DNA of 64,000 nucleotides from NCBI GenBank assembly GCA_963737905.1, contig CAVTUQ010000004.1, positions 32,001 through 96,000 of the forward strand, written 5' to 3'. The first letter of the stretch is position 1. Every line of letters begins with the position of its first letter. The notes beneath the pieces are model-generated. The model was not told where the DNA came from and made no database searches. It was given only the letters and a program-made list of their open reading frames with translations. A program made the position numbers and the translations under genes. Of this stretch, positions 31,342 to 41,616 are shown one piece after another. The DNA comes from an uncultured delta proteobacterium (GTDB taxonomy: Bacteria; Desulfobacterota; Binatia; UBA9968).

Positions 31342-32310
31342 ATGCCTGAGCAAACATACTTAGAAGCCATCCGCACCGGCTTGCACGAAGAGATGAGCCG
31401 CGACCCATCGGTTTATCTTTTCGGTGAAGACGTCGCGCTGGGCGGGCCCTTCGGTGTTACCACCGGACTCGCCGAAACTTTCGGCAAGAACCGCGTGGTC
31501 AATACCCCCATCAGCGAAGGGACAGTGATGGGACTCGCCATCGGTGCGGCAGCTGCCGGACTCCGGCCGGTGGTGGAGATCATGTTCATCGACTTCATTA
31601 CTTTGGCAATGGACCAGCTCGTCAACCACGCCGCCAAGCTGCACTACATGTCCGGCGGGCAACTGAAGATTCCCCTAACAGTCCGCGTCCAGTGCGGCAT
31701 CAGTGGCAACATGGGCGCGCACCATTCGCAAAGTCTCGAATCCTGGCTCGCTCATGTGCCGGGCTTGAAAGTGGTGATGCCTTCGAATCCCGCAGATGCC
31801 AAAGGGCTTCTCAAGGCCGCCATCCGAGACGATAACCCTGTCGTGTTTATCGAGCATCGGGGTATCTATTGGACGCGAGGCCAAGTCCCTGAGAGCGACG
31901 ATCTCGTGCCCATCGGCAAGGCCGCAGTCGCGAGAGAAGGCGAGGATCTGACCATTGTCGCTACCGCCAAGTTGCTAGCCGCGACTCTGGAAGCCGCCGA
32001 AGAGCTCTCCTCCGGCGGCATCTCCGTCGAAGTCATCGACCCGCGGACCTTATCCCCGCTGGATGTCGAAACTATCGTAAATTCAGTCAAGAAGACGAGC
32101 CGGCTCATCATCGTCCACGAAGCCGTTGAACAGGATGGGATCGGAGCCGAAATTGCCACTCAGGTTCAAAACGAAGCGTTCTATTACCTCGATAGCCCGA
32201 TTGCGCGTGTTGCCGCTCCCTTCGCTCCGGTTCCCGCAAGCCCCGCGCTCGAAAAGTGTTTTGTCCCCGGCAAAACAGAGATCATTCGTGCAGATCCAGC
32301 GCGGCTTTAA
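31342..32310 (+). CDS. Second E1 beta subunit
   Basis: GEDV, TPISE, EIMFIDF, HSQSLE, EVIDPRTLSP. Confidence 0.92.
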   Translation: MPEQTYLEAIRTGLHEEMSRDPSVYLFGEDVALGGPFGVTTGLAETFGKNRVVNTPISEGTVMGLAIGAAAAGLRPVVEIMFIDFITLAMDQLVNHAAKLHYMSGGQLKIPLTVRVQCGISGNMGAHHSQSLESWLAHVPGLKVVMPSNPADAKGLLKAAIRDDNPVVFIEHRGIYWTRGQVPESDDLVPIGKAAVAREGEDLTIVATAKLLAATLEAAEELSSGGISVEVIDPRTLSPLDVETIVNSVKKTSRLIIVHEAVEQDGIGAEIATQVQNEAFYYLDSPIARVAAPFAPVPASPALEKCFVPGKTEIIRADPARL

Positions 32311-32385
32311 ATCGCTAGACCAATCAATAATGCTTCCTGTCGAAAATTTTACTGTGCCAAGACGAGTAGCTGCCAGTGCGGCTTC

Positions 32386-33008
32386 TTATTTCGCCAAGTT
32401 GAAATCGACAAGCGTGGACTCCACACGAGCGCTTCCAGACGTGTGAAAGTTAGTAATCGCTTTGACATCGGGCGCATAATAGTAAGTGTGGGTCCGAATT
32501 TCTCCCGGGGCCAAGGGCTTGAGGCCCGGTGCTCTCATAGTCATGACAATTTTGAAAGCATCGAATTCGCCCTTAGGTGTCTTAATCTTTTCCCATGCTT
32601 GAACTTCGTACTTCGTGTCCTCCAACCGCATTTGCATGCCCGGTGGCTGGAATTTAACCGATCAGACCAGGTAAGACCAACGCGAAGTGGAAACCTCAGC
32701 AACTCCCCCAGCCAAGCAGGTCTACCCAGTACCAACGCAGTGGCTGCCTCCGAGTTGACTTCTTTAGATTCGTTTCCTTGAACACCAAAAACTTTTGGCT
32801 GATTCGACTCGAATCTTACGATGTACTCTGAAAAGCGTTCCAGGAATTCACCTGCAACAGAAACTCCAGGGGGACGGACCACATCCACTTTCACCCGCCA
32901 CCAGTCACCATCTTTGTAAACCGGAGCCTCCGCTTGCTGCCCGTGCGATGAGTGAGGTACCAGAAGGAATGTCAGGATTCCGATTAGGCCAAGTATCGGT
33001 CTAAACAT
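32386..33008 (-). CDS. Secreted hypothetical protein, frameshifted near 32640
   Basis: Signal peptide; frame 1 FPLRVGLTW joins frame 2 WEKIKTPKGEFDAFKI...YYAPDVK. Confidence 0.6.
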
Positions 33009-33186
33009 AGCTAAACCTCCCCTTGTTCAATGAGCGCCTCGCCCTGATCGCAGACGGCTGCCCTGTAACATAACCCGCGACAACCCGTCAACAGACACGT
33101 AGCAAGCCTAATTTGTCGCAGAAGTTTTTCTATTCGACAAATCTACAATCCTTGAGGCTTCTTGGATTATCGTCTAAAGAGGAAAC

Positions 33187-34086
33187 ATGGAATACCGCAA
33201 GCTTGGCAAAACAGATATGAACGTCAGCGTTCTCGGTTTTGGCGGTTGGGAAATCGGCTATCAGCGAATTTCCCTCACCACCGTCAAGAAATTGCTGAAC
33301 GAGGCTCTCGACGCCGGTATTAACGTTATCGACACGGCCGAATGTTACGCTATCAGCGAGGAGCTGATCGGTGAAGCCGTCGGAAAACGGCGCAAAGATT
33401 GTTATCTCCTGACGAAATGCGGGCACGAGAGCGGCTGGAGCTATCCGGATTGGCGTCCCGAGTCGCTACTCAGAAGCATCCAGCGGAGCCTCAAACGCTT
33501 AAAAACAGATTATGTGGATCTCATCCAGCTTCACAGCTGCTCGGAAGCCGAACTTCGCAAAGGAACCGTCATCGACGCGCTAAAGCGCGCCCGTGAGCAT
33601 GGCTATACGCGCTACATTGGCTACAGCGGTGACGGTCAAGCTGCGCTCTGCGCCGTCGAATGTGAAGAGTTCGACACCTTGCAAACATCCATCAACATCG
33701 CCGATCAAGAAGCGCTCGACCTCCTTCTCCCGCTGGCGGGAAAGCACAATATCGGTGTTATCGCCAAACGCCCTGTCGCTAACGTTGCTTGGCGGAACGG
33801 TGATCGTCCGCCCACCGACACCTATGGCCGGCCCTACTGGGAAAGGTTGCAAAAGTTGAAATATGAATCGCTGCGGGGTGGTTTGAAACAGACGGTTGGC
33901 AATGCGCTTCGTTTTACCTTGAGTGCACCGGGCATTCATACAGCGATCGTCGGAACAACTAAACCGGGAAGATTCACGGAAAACGGTGCGGCCGTTGCCG
34001 CGGGACCTTTGTCCAAAGAAATGTTTGAGGGTATTCGCGCCCGCTGGCGCGAGGTTGCACAGCCGACCTGGGTCGGACAAACTTGA
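33187..34086 (+). CDS. Aldo/keto reductase
   Basis: YRKLGKT, IDTAECY, TKCG, SLKRLKTDYVDLIQLH. Confidence 0.93.
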   Translation: MEYRKLGKTDMNVSVLGFGGWEIGYQRISLTTVKKLLNEALDAGINVIDTAECYAISEELIGEAVGKRRKDCYLLTKCGHESGWSYPDWRPESLLRSIQRSLKRLKTDYVDLIQLHSCSEAELRKGTVIDALKRAREHGYTRYIGYSGDGQAALCAVECEEFDTLQTSINIADQEALDLLLPLAGKHNIGVIAKRPVANVAWRNGDRPPTDTYGRPYWERLQKLKYESLRGGLKQTVGNALRFTLSAPGIHTAIVGTTKPGRFTENGAAVAAGPLSKEMFEGIRARWREVAQPTWVGQT

Positions 34087-34349
34087 ATTTGACCATGCGT
34101 ATTGGAGATTTCGGTGGCGGTCAGAATTAACGATCGACCGCCGGTTAATCCCGGGACCCTGTAGCCCGCCAATTCTACCCACCAATCGCAAGCGATGCGG
34201 CTTTAGCTGCCACTGAGTGACATGACAATAACCCGGATGTCAGCGCTGACACGCCGGGCTGAAAAGTTGCCAGGATGATTGGGCAGCCTTCAGCGCAATT
34301 AGGAAGAACCACCGACGTTTTGACCCACAGTGGAATTGTCGAGCCCCGG

Positions 34350-34365
34350 TGGCATGTCACTTGCT
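34350..34365 (+). promoter_or_regulatory. Sigma-54 promoter (-24/-12)
   Basis: TGGCATGTCACTTGCT (GG-N10-GC) about 40 bp upstream of ATG 34405. Confidence 0.75.
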
Positions 34366-34404
34366 CCACCACGTTTTCAGTTAAGCATTGGGAGGGGCAA
34401 AAAC

Positions 34405-34614
34405 ATGGAAACGAGTTTGAAGGACAATTCCAAAACGATTCTAATCGAGAATAAAAACTTGCCGGCCGCGGAGTGCGAAAAATGTGGAGCAAAAATATAT
34501 CCCCGCTCACTTCTTCAACCACATCTCACGCGCCATCAGCGCAGACAACGCTGGTTCATCAGAGAACTAAGAAAACTTCAGTACACCATGGCGCATATGC
34601 GAGACATCGCGTAG
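34405..34614 (+). CDS. Small (69 aa) C2H2-type zinc-finger protein
   Basis: GGGAGG RBS; C-EK-C-GAK-I-YPRSL-L-QP-H-LTR-H. Confidence 0.7.
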   Translation: METSLKDNSKTILIENKNLPAAECEKCGAKIYPRSLLQPHLTRHQRRQRWFIRELRKLQYTMAHMRDIA

Positions 34615-34758
34615 CTATCCCGCACCCGCGTCACCTTACTAGTCTCGCATCTTCGTTCAGCACCATTCCACAAGCGCTTCGCCCCTCTTAGTTTCAACGC
34701 AAATACCCCCGGATTCACGTCCGGACATGTGTAAGAGTTTTCTCGTTCAATCTAATCG

Positions 34759-35205
34759 TCACTCGAAAAACGCGCCTTCGATCAGAACCGGTTTCGCGGC
34801 TCCTTGCTCGTGAGCTCTCCCGGGGACCGGCGTGCCATCGGGGTTGAGTCGCATGTCCGACTTGTCCAGCCCAGCGCCTATGCGAGCCATGACGAGGGGA
34901 GTATCGCCCGAGTTGCAGAATTGATAGTAGCAACCTGCCGGTAGTACAACGGCTTGGTGCTTGCTCGCTTTCAAGATCGTCTTACCGTCTCTGCTGGTGT
35001 TAAATTGTGCGGTTCCCTCTAAAACCAGGAAGATGTGATCCTCTTTGGTGTGAGAGTGCAGCGCGTTTTCCCCAATACCCGGAGAATAACAATGGATCCG
35101 CAAAGTCATCAGATCGGTTTCCGCCAGCAGGTGTCGGGTGTGTCCCTCTTTCACGAGTTGCGTTCTTAACTGGACTACCTTAGCTTCAACATTCTTGTTA
35201 TCCAT
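34759..35205 (-). CDS. Cupin domain protein
   Basis: ENALHSHTKEDHIFLVLEG cupin motif 1; LPAGCYYQFCN motif 2; GGAGG RBS. Confidence 0.85.
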   Translation of the reverse strand: MDNKNVEAKVVQLRTQLVKEGHTRHLLAETDLMTLRIHCYSPGIGENALHSHTKEDHIFLVLEGTAQFNTSRDGKTILKASKHQAVVLPAGCYYQFCNSGDTPLVMARIGAGLDKSDMRLNPDGTPVPGRAHEQGAAKPVLIEGAFFE

Positions 35206-35411
35206 CAATGACCCTCCTTTTTTTTCGTTTCCCGAGCGCCGATTCTAGGATAATCGGCTCCCGATTAGCAAGACAGAGACTGACCTAGTGAAAGGATCCT
35301 TAACCAGATGACCTAACACCTGACTTTCAGGCGTTTGCGTTCAAGGTACTTGCAAACACGAAGCCTGTGAGTTTATTTGGTGGCTCCCACTCCTAATGAT
35401 CCGAGCCATGC

Positions 35412-36272
35412 ATGCGGCCTGAAATCGTCGCGATCTTTTCCGCTATGGGTTGGGCGGGAGATTCCGTCCTGGTTCGCCTGGGCTTGCGACAGTCGAATAT
35501 CTTCGCGGCTATGCTGGTAAGTTACGCCGTCTCCGTCACTTGCATCTGGACTTATCTTCTTGCTACGACCCCGCTCGATTTCCTCCAGTCCCCGGCGATG
35601 GTGTATTTTTTGGTCAGCGGCTGCCTTCAACCACTCTTCGCGCGCGCTCTCTACTACGAAGCCTTGATTCGGATGGGGGTTTCACGCGCCGGCCCCCTGC
35701 GCGGCGCCGAGCCTCTGTTTGCCGTGGCCATCGCTGTCACTGTTCTGCATGAGCAACCGACCCCTCCTGTGTATGTCGGCACCCTTCTGATTGTGGGAAG
35801 CATTTGGGCCATCTCTTCCGGCCATAGGGGAACCATCAACTGGCGGTTGCTTGATATTTTTCTTCCTTTGGGTGCGGGGCTTGTTTCCGCCATTTCCCAG
35901 AGCCTGCGCAAACAAGGGCTCAATATCCTCCCCGACCCGTTCGTGGCCGCAGCCACGGTGACATCCGTGACCTTGACACTTCTTGTCATTTTCCTCTACG
36001 CCACAAAACGGACCCGACAGCTGCGCATGAAACGCGAAAATTTTCTGTTTTTTTTCAGCGCGGCGCTGGTCGCGCTATCGGCTCAAATTGCAAACTTCAT
36101 CGCCCTCAGCCGAGCCGACGTTTCAGTTATCATCCCACTTCTCAACACCACCCCGCTCTTCGCCGTGCTTTTTAGCTCTCTATTTCTTAGAAGTCTGGAA
36201 ACCATCAGCCCGCGGACTCTCTTAGGAGCCATCCTCATGGTCGCCGGAGTCATGATAATTACGAGTCGATAA
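35412..36272 (+). CDS. DMT/EamA family transporter
   Basis: About 10 TM segments in two repeats; PLFA motifs. Confidence 0.85.
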   Translation: MRPEIVAIFSAMGWAGDSVLVRLGLRQSNIFAAMLVSYAVSVTCIWTYLLATTPLDFLQSPAMVYFLVSGCLQPLFARALYYEALIRMGVSRAGPLRGAEPLFAVAIAVTVLHEQPTPPVYVGTLLIVGSIWAISSGHRGTINWRLLDIFLPLGAGLVSAISQSLRKQGLNILPDPFVAAATVTSVTLTLLVIFLYATKRTRQLRMKRENFLFFFSAALVALSAQIANFIALSRADVSVIIPLLNTTPLFAVLFSSLFLRSLETISPRTLLGAILMVAGVMIITSR

Positions 36273-36491
36273 GTTAAATGCGCGCTCCACAACTTCGTTC
36301 CGGTGCTTCAATGAAGGAAATTTGATAAGACATAGCAGTCTATAGCGGTTATGCGTCGAGGTGTTTGTCCTATTTCTCAAAAACTTTTTGCGCTTGACAT
36401 AGGCATGCCGGTCTCGGATATTTATTACGACTACCCTGTGGAATAGCCGCTCTCTTTCGCTTCTTCTCAGCAGCGGCGGATAGTTATTTTC

Positions 36492-38444
36492 ATGGCCGAT
36501 AATCACGACATAGCGCGTCCCCTAGGCGGACTCGACGAAGGGGCTGCGCTCCGGAGTATCCTCGAGGGAACGGCGAACGAGACGGGCGAGCGCTTCTTTG
36601 CAGCCCTAGTTGAAAACCTTGCACGGGCGCTGAAAACCCATGGAGCGTGGGTCACTGAATATATCCAAGAATGTCGCCGGCTGCGGGCCCTAGCCTTCTG
36701 GATGGACGGGCAGTGGATTCAAAATTATGAGATCGACATCGCCGGAACACCCTGCGAGCAAGTCATCGACACCGGCACCTTTGTCCATTTTCCTGATAAT
36801 CTCTTGGAATTGTACCCGGACGATCAGGACGCAAAAGACATCGGTGCTGTCAGTTACATGGGAATGCCGTTGAAGGATACCGACGGCAGAATTCTTGGGC
36901 ACCTGGCGGTAATCGATCGCCGTCCACTTCCAGAAGAGCCGCGAGTCCTGGCGCTTTTCAACATTTTCGCGGCTCGAGCGACTGCGGAAATGCGCAGACT
37001 GCGCGCCGAGAAACAAGTTCGCGAGCGCGAAGAAAAACTACGCGGGCTGTTCGACAGTGCTATGGACGCCGTCATCGAATTCGATCAGAACTTGAAGGTG
37101 ACCCGGATGAATCCCGCCGCAGAGCAAGCCTTCCATTGCGCCGCCCAACAGGTGATCGGTGAAGATTTCACCAGTCTCGTCTCGAAACAGGGCCAAAAAA
37201 AGCTCAGGAGCCTAATTCAGGAACTTGGCGCCGGCACTCCGGGACGCCGGTCCTTATGGATTCCGGGGGGGCTTCAAGCCTTGCCGGTCGGCGGAGAGGA
37301 ATTTCCAGCCGAAGCGACTTTGTCGCGCTTTGAGATTGAGCGGCAGAGCTTCTACTCCGTTATCCTGAGGAACATCAATGACAAACTCGAAGCCGACCGC
37401 AAAATTCATTCGCTCACGGCAGAAGCGGCGTATCTGCGAGAAGAGATTAAGAGCATCTACCGGTTCGACCAGACCCTAGGCCAGAGCCAAGCCTTGAAGC
37501 GTGTTTTGGAAGACGTCGAGCAGGTGGCGGTCACGGACACGACGGTTCTGATTCTTGGCGAGACCGGCACGGGCAAAGAACTGATTGCCCGAGGGATTCA
37601 TGGGGCGAGTCGACGGTCCGACAAGCCGCTCATCACGATCAACTGTGCCGCCATCCCAGCGGCGCTTATGGAGAGCGAATTTTTTGGACATGAAAAGGGC
37701 GCCTTTACCGGGGCGACTCAAAAACGGGAGGGACGTTTTGAGCTAGCGGATCGTGGAACGATTTTTCTCGACGAGATCGGCGAACTGTCCCTCGACTTGC
37801 AGGCTAAAATCCTGCGCGTATTGCAGGAGGGAGAGTTTGCGCCCGTCGGCAGTTCCCAAACGAAAAAAGTTGACGTTCGGGTGATCGCCGCGACGAACCG
37901 CGATCTCAACCAAGCCGTGAGAGACGGGGGCTTCAGAGAAGACCTCTACTATCGATTGAACGTTTTTCCCATCGAAGTACCGCCTTTGAGAGACCGCGAT
38001 GATGATATTATCCTGCTCGCGTCCGCCTTTGCAGCCAAATTCGCCCAACGCATGGGGCGCAGGATTGAACCGTTGTCTGCGGAGTCTGAGTCACGGCTCA
38101 GGGCCTACGCGTGGCCGGGAAACGTGCGCGAGTTGCAGAACGTCATTGAGCGCGCGGTCATTACCTCTCGGGATGGCCATCTCAATCTCGACCGTGCTCT
38201 GCCGGATGCCGGCGGTCAGACAATTCCTGGAAGGCGGCCGGCAGAAGAGACAACACCGGTAGCTTCAAACCGCATTCTTCGAATTCGCGACCTGCAACAA
38301 CTCGAGCGCGAGAATATCCTGCGTGCTCTGGAATCCACAGCGTGGCGCGTCGCCGGAAAGGACGGCGCCGCCGATCTGCTCGGCATGAATCCTTCGACGC
38401 TCAACTCCCGCATCAGGGCGCTAGGCATCCGGCGACCACAGTAA
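36492..38444 (+). CDS. Sigma-54-dependent activator (GAF-PAS-AAA+-HTH)
   Basis: GETGTGKE, GAFTGA, FLDEIGE, WPGNVRELQN, Fis-type HTH. Confidence 0.95.
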   Translation: MADNHDIARPLGGLDEGAALRSILEGTANETGERFFAALVENLARALKTHGAWVTEYIQECRRLRALAFWMDGQWIQNYEIDIAGTPCEQVIDTGTFVHFPDNLLELYPDDQDAKDIGAVSYMGMPLKDTDGRILGHLAVIDRRPLPEEPRVLALFNIFAARATAEMRRLRAEKQVREREEKLRGLFDSAMDAVIEFDQNLKVTRMNPAAEQAFHCAAQQVIGEDFTSLVSKQGQKKLRSLIQELGAGTPGRRSLWIPGGLQALPVGGEEFPAEATLSRFEIERQSFYSVILRNINDKLEADRKIHSLTAEAAYLREEIKSIYRFDQTLGQSQALKRVLEDVEQVAVTDTTVLILGETGTGKELIARGIHGASRRSDKPLITINCAAIPAALMESEFFGHEKGAFTGATQKREGRFELADRGTIFLDEIGELSLDLQAKILRVLQEGEFAPVGSSQTKKVDVRVIAATNRDLNQAVRDGGFREDLYYRLNVFPIEVPPLRDRDDDIILLASAFAAKFAQRMGRRIEPLSAESESRLRAYAWPGNVRELQNVIERAVITSRDGHLNLDRALPDAGGQTIPGRRPAEETTPVASNRILRIRDLQQLERENILRALESTAWRVAGKDGAADLLGMNPSTLNSRIRALGIRRPQ

Positions 38445-38459
38445 ATCTAACTATCGGAT

Positions 38460-38510
38460 GTGAGATCTCACGACCCATCGTGACGAGATCTCGTCACTAG
38501 CGAGATTTCA
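38460..38510. promoter_or_regulatory. Probable upstream activator sites (GAGATCTC-core palindromes)
   Basis: Perfect palindromes GTGAGATCTCAC (38460-38471) and GTGACGAGATCTCGTCAC (38480-38497), plus CGAGATTTCA. Confidence 0.7.
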
Positions 38511-38581
38511 TAATTGCTTTAACAACGCTCTCACCTCCCTAACTCATTGGTTTTCTGAAAGAAACCCGGCTTTCGATGACC

Positions 38582-38597
38582 TGGCATGCTAGCTGCT
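38582..38597 (+). promoter_or_regulatory. Sigma-54 promoter (-24/-12)
   Basis: TGGCATGCTAGCTGCT (GG-N10-GC); IHF-like TAACTCATTGGT near 38540. Confidence 0.7.
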
Positions 38598-38643
38598 CTA
38601 TTGTGTTTCCATCAACTTCACTCAACCAAGGGAGGAAAGGAAA

Positions 38644-39555
38644 ATGCAACACAATTATTCATACCAATCGGCGCTCGAAGTCTCGGACCGAATCGGCTGG
38701 AAAGTGGACGATATCATCGGCGGCGACAAGCGGCTCGACTTCACCAAACCGTTCATGCCGGAATCGCTGGCTCAGGTGCAGCGGCTTTCCTTTCTCACCC
38801 CTGACGAACAGCTGACTCTAAACCAGATTCGCGGGCATGAGTATCTTGCCATGTTCGGTCTCGTCGAGGAGTTCATACTCCCCTACGTGGTGGACCATGC
38901 GCGGTCGCAACTCTCCGGAGACGACTACCGGGTGCGGGCCTTGCTCCAGTTCGCCGGTGAAGAGGCAAAGCATATCCATCTTTTCAAGCGCTTCCGGCAG
39001 GAGTTCGAGAACGGGTTCGGCAGCAAATGCGACTTCATCGGTCCCGCCGAGGACGTGAGCCGGTTTGTCCTTTCCCATAGTCCTTTGGGAGTCGGAATTG
39101 CGATTCTACACATCGAGTGGATGACTCTCAGGCACTACATCGAGGGCGTCAGGGATAATCAGGATCTCGACCCCCAGTTCAAGAGCCTGCTCAAGAACCA
39201 CTGGCTGGAGGAATCCCAACACACGAAGCTCGACACATTGATCCTGGAATCGGTGGTAAAGGAATCGACCCCCCAAGAGATCGACCAGGCTTTCAAGGAA
39301 TACGGCGAGATTGGTGCCTTTCTCGACCAGGGGATCCAGCAGCAAGCGGAGTTAAATGTGGAAAGTTTCGTTCAAGCGAGCGGAAGAAACCTCTCCAAGA
39401 GCGAGCGCGAAGAGATGAACAACGCCGTTATCAAGGGCATGCGCTGGACCTATCTTGGAACCGGCATGACGCATCCAAACTTTCTCGCCACCGTCGAGGA
39501 GATTAAGCCTGAAGCGAGAAAACAGATAGAGGAAATGGCGCCAGTGTTTTGTTGA
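38644..39555 (+). CDS. Ferritin-like diiron protein
   Basis: VEE ... EEAKH ... HIEW ... EESQH carboxylate/His ligands. Confidence 0.75.
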   Translation: MQHNYSYQSALEVSDRIGWKVDDIIGGDKRLDFTKPFMPESLAQVQRLSFLTPDEQLTLNQIRGHEYLAMFGLVEEFILPYVVDHARSQLSGDDYRVRALLQFAGEEAKHIHLFKRFRQEFENGFGSKCDFIGPAEDVSRFVLSHSPLGVGIAILHIEWMTLRHYIEGVRDNQDLDPQFKSLLKNHWLEESQHTKLDTLILESVVKESTPQEIDQAFKEYGEIGAFLDQGIQQQAELNVESFVQASGRNLSKSEREEMNNAVIKGMRWTYLGTGMTHPNFLATVEEIKPEARKQIEEMAPVFC

Positions 39556-39590
39556 GCAAGAATGCAAAATGAAAAATGTAGGAGGAAGCT

Positions 39591-39968
39591 ATGTCAGTCG
39601 CAGAAACAACAAAAGAAATGCCTTTGACGAAAGACATTCTAGACCACCACTTAAAGTGTTTTGGCGAGGGCGACCTCAAGGGTATTCTATCTGACTATGC
39701 CCCGGGTGCCGTCCTGTTCACGTCGGACGGACCCCTCAGGGGAGTCGACGCAATTAGGCCGTTGTTCCAGGCGATGATTGCGGAGTTTGGAAAGCCTGGC
39801 GCAGCGTTCAGCATGAAGCAGCAGTTTGTCGAGGGCGACTATGCCTATATTCTATGGGGCGCGGAGACTGCAGAAAACTTGTACGAGATAGGCACGGACA
39901 CGTTCGTCGTGCGCGACGGCAAGATTGTGGCCCAGTCATTTACCGGCAGGATTACGCCCAAAGGCTGA
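39591..39968 (+). CDS. SnoaL/NTF2-like protein
   Basis: GDLKGILSDYAPGAVL, GTDTFVVRDGKIVAQ. Confidence 0.85.
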   Translation: MSVAETTKEMPLTKDILDHHLKCFGEGDLKGILSDYAPGAVLFTSDGPLRGVDAIRPLFQAMIAEFGKPGAAFSMKQQFVEGDYAYILWGAETAENLYEIGTDTFVVRDGKIVAQSFTGRITPKG

Positions 39969-40016
39969 AAACAAGTCTTTATTCCGGTGACAAAATTTAA
40001 CGAGGAGGCGAGTATC

Positions 40017-41400
40017 ATGACAACGCAAACGTCGAAGGTGAAAGAAGAGCTCAAAGACAAGATCAAGGGGAACGTCCTGGTTCCCGAGGACAGCGGTTAC
40101 AAGGAAGCTCGGCAGATATGGAACGCCATGATCGATCGGCGGCCTGCGGTTATCGTGCAGTGCGTACAGGCTGACGATGTTCCACCAGCAATCCAGTTTG
40201 CGCGAAAAAGCGGGCTTGAACTTTCAATTCGCGGTGCCGGACACAACATCGCAGGCAATGCCCTCTGCGACAACGGCGTTATGATCGATTTTTCAAGAAT
40301 GAAAAGCGTTCGCGTAGATGCCGGGAAACGGCGCGCCTATGTCGAGCCTGGGGCGACCCTCGCGAATTTCGACGAAGCGGTACAGGCGCACGGCTTGGCG
40401 ACGCCGGTGGGGATCAATTCCACGACAGGCATCGCCGGTTTAACGTTGGGCGGCGGCTTCGGGTGGCTGACTCGCAAATACGGCATGACGATCGACAATC
40501 TCGTCTCCGTCGACATGATCACGGCCGATGGCAAGAAATTGCGGGCAAGCCAAAGCGAAAATGCGGACCTTTTCTGGGCTATTCGCGGCGGCGGGGGAAA
40601 TTTTGGCGTCGTCACCCAATTTGAATTCCAACTTTTCCCCGTGGGACCCGAAATCGTCGCCGGCTTGATCGTTTTTCCGTTCAACCAGGCAAAGCAGATA
40701 CTGACCAAGTATCGTCAATTTGTAAATTCAGCACCCGAGGAGCTCAACGTCTGGGTGGTGCTCCGCAAGGCGCCTCCGTTGCCTTTTCTTCCGGAAAACG
40801 TGCACGGCAAGGAGGTCGTTGTGTTGCCGGTCTTTTACTGCGGGGCCGCAGCGGAAGCAGAGAAACTGATCGCTCCTCTGCGCGCTTTCGGTAATGCCCA
40901 CGGCGAGCATATCGGCGCACAGCCCTATGTTGCGGTGGCAAAAGGCCTTTGACCCTTTGCTGACGCCGGGCGCGAGAAATTATTGGAAGTCGCATAACTT
41001 CACGGAGCTTGCTGACGGAGCGCTGAATTCCATTATCGAGTTCGCCGGGAAGCTGCCCTCCCCGCAGTGTGAGATTTTCATAGGGCTGATTGCCGGTGCG
41101 CCCAACCGCGTCGCCCCTAACGCGATGGCCTATGGTCATAGGGACGCGAAATTCGTGTTGAACGTGCACGGACGATGGGACGAAGCGAAGGATGACCAGA
41201 AGTGCATTGGGTGGTCACGCGAGTTTTTTAAAGCCAGCAAGCCCTACGCGTCAGCCGGCGCTTACGTAAATTTTATGACCGACGAGGAGGGCGACCGCGT
41301 CGCCGCGGCTTACGGATCCAACTATGATCGCCTGGTGGAAACCAAGAAACGCTACGATCCGGAAAATATTTTTCACTTGAATCAGAACATCAAACCTTGA
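40017..41400 (+). CDS. FAD-binding oxidoreductase (BBE-like), frameshifted near 40935
   Basis: RGAGHN covalent-FAD motif, TLGGGFGWL, DLFWAIRGGGGNFG; second frame YVNF...KKRYDPENIF. Confidence 0.88.
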
Positions 41401-41616
41401 AGCGGATGTCGTTATGGAAGGTTTCTTACTCTTCGCCCTCATACTGTTCTATGTGGCTATTTCCTTTGGTCACTCATAGAGCGAACATTACAACGACCAA
41501 AGTCGTTTTGCTGGGCTATAAAGAAAGAAGACCATGACCAGACCAGTAATCAAAACCGTGACGCCATCAGCGGAAAAATTTAGGGGGATCCACATCCCTC
41601 ATTCTTAAATGATGCC

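Noticed and set aside
41414-41479. 21-aa hydrophobic small ORF (MEGFLLFALILFYVAISFGHS)
   Set aside because: Weak RBS and too short to support without conservation data
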